64,000 nucleotides of DNA. It comes from Vicugna vicugna. Lineage: Eukaryota. The position numbers were made by a program, and so were the translations under genes. Shown in pieces: positions 62,590 to 64,000 of this stretch. Location: the NCBI GenBank assembly GCA_013265495.1, contig MU058221.1, forward strand, positions 4,882,066-4,946,065, given 5' to 3'. The stretch's first letter is position 1. Every line of letters begins with the position of its first letter. The notes under the pieces are model-generated. The model saw only the letters and a list, made by a program, of their open reading frames with translations. It did no database searches and was not told where the DNA came from.

Positions 62590-63100
62590 TACATTCAGCA
62601 CTAATTTATGGATTGCCTTCAAGAGCCAGCCCCTGTTCTAGGATCTGAGACAGGCTAGGTCTCCGCCCTCGGGGACATCACATTCTATTGGTGGAGACGG
62701 ACATCGAACATATAAAACACCGCCAGCAGTAAGGATGTGCTGGGCAGAGAACTGAAACAGAGTGTGGGGGGGTGTTTGAGGTGCTACTTTGGGTTGGGCA
62801 GAAGGCGGTGGAGGGGAGAGGGGTTGAGGAGACAACAAAGCTGAGATGATGGGAGTGACAAGGAGATCCAGGGAAGGGTGGTGTCCCTGGCAGTGGGAAC
62901 AGTCAAAAAGGCTGTGGGGTGGGGAGGGAGTAGGAGACAAAATCAGAGTGGATGACGGAAGCCAGATCAAACTGTCGAGTGTGGGTTTGACTGCATGTGC
63001 ACAGGGGTTGACTGGAGGGTTTTAAGCAGAGGGGTTATGACTTCATCTGATATAAATTTTTAAATCTCCAACGACTGTGTCAAAAAGGAATGGAAGGAAG
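62590..63100 (-). mobile_element. L2 relic
   Basis: 'cattcagcactaatttatgg...ccctgttctagg...cacattcta.tgg.ggagac' and 'ctggagggttttaagcagagggg..atga...atctga'. Confidence 0.7.
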
Positions 63101-63489
63101 GAACAGGTGTTGGGTCTATGGGGGTGCCTTTTTTGGAGGTATGTGCACCCCACCTTCTTTGCTGGACCCAGCTGCCAGGCTGAGGTCCCCCTGCCACCCC
63201 TGTGCAAGCTCCCCCAGGCAGGCAGTCAGGGCTCGCCCTCCCTGAGGTCCGTGTACCCTTTTCTCCCTGCCGCTGGGAGGGTTGAAGCCCTTGCACAGGA
63301 TATAGATGGCCAGGTAGCATCCTTCACGTCTTTCCTGGGCACAATACAGACCATTTCACATCTGTATGTCAGGCTCTGCCCCTAGTTCCTCAAGCGCTGG
63401 GAAACTATGCCAAAAAGCAGTAGGAGCAGTGGGGTTAGCCCCGGTGTGCCCCTGGCCCGATGGGTGACTTTGCACTGACCCCTCTAGGG

Positions 63490-63590
63490 CAATGCTGTCC
63501 AATAAAAATAAAATGTGAGCCCTGGAGATAATTTAAAATTTTCTAGTACCCACATTAAAAACAAATGAAAAGGAAACAATGAAATTAGTT
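63490..63590 (+). mobile_element. MER33-like hAT element, 5' part, interrupted by L1
   Basis: 'atgctgtccaataaaaataaaatgtgagcc...taatttaaaattttctagta.ccacattaaaaa'. Confidence 0.8.
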
Positions 63591-64000
63591 TTTTAATTGA
63601 TGTATACTTGATTTACAATGTTGTGTTAGTTTTAGATGTACAGCAAAGTGATTCGGTTGTACATACATACATCCTTTTTCAGATTCTTTTCCACTATAGG
63701 TTATTACAAGATATTGAATATAGTTCCCTGAGCTGTCAGTAGTTCCTTGTTGCTTACCTGTTTTATATATAGTTATGTGTGTCTGTTAATCCCAAACACC
63801 TAATTCATCTCTCCCTACCCTTTTCCCTTTGGTAACCATAAGTTTGTTTTCTGTGTCTGAATCTATTTCTGCTTTGTAAATAAGTTCATTTGTATCATTT
63901 TTCTAGATTCCACATGTAAGTGATATATGGTATTTTTTTCTCTGTCTGACCTACTTCACTTAGTATGATAATCTCTAGGTCCATCCCTGTTTGTGCAAAT
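63589..64000 (-). mobile_element. Artiodactyl/camelid L1 3' UTR, running off the window
   Basis: 'aattgatgtatacttgatttacaatgttgtgttagttt...tttggtaaccataagtttgttttct...tagattccacatgtaagtgatat...cttcacttagtatgataatctctaggtccatcc'. Confidence 0.92.

Overview
Mammalian genomic DNA, most likely camelid (camel/alpaca/vicuna). The evidence is several tRNA-Ala-like Vic-1-type SINEs and camelid/artiodactyl-type L1 3' tails, with no Alu, B1 or BovB seen. I recognise no functional protein-coding exon or promoter. The window reads as GC-rich intronic or intergenic sequence with MIR, L2, L3, L1M, MER5, MER2, MER112, MER33 and MLT1 relics and several AT-rich, homeodomain-motif-rich blocks that look like conserved non-coding elements. 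Nearly all ORFs in the track are chance ORFs. The main discovery is inside a full-length but dead Tigger1 transposon (18067-21174): a ~475-bp TSD-flanked, polyadenylated insert (19350-19824). On the strand opposite its poly(A), it carries one intact 159-nt NIPSNAP3A/3B coding exon with both splice sites and intronic flanks. This looks like a retrotransposed unspliced antisense RNA or an orphan L1 3' transduction, not an ordinary processed pseudogene, and the ORF track does not show it. Other oddities are a U6/L1 chimeric retrocopy, an isolated internal L1 ORF2 patch, a 5'-inverted L1, a three-level transposon nest, an inverted pair of L1 tails and a 27-bp direct repeat flanking an assembly gap. 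Repeat family names come from my recall of consensus sequences, and boundaries of old repeats are approximate.
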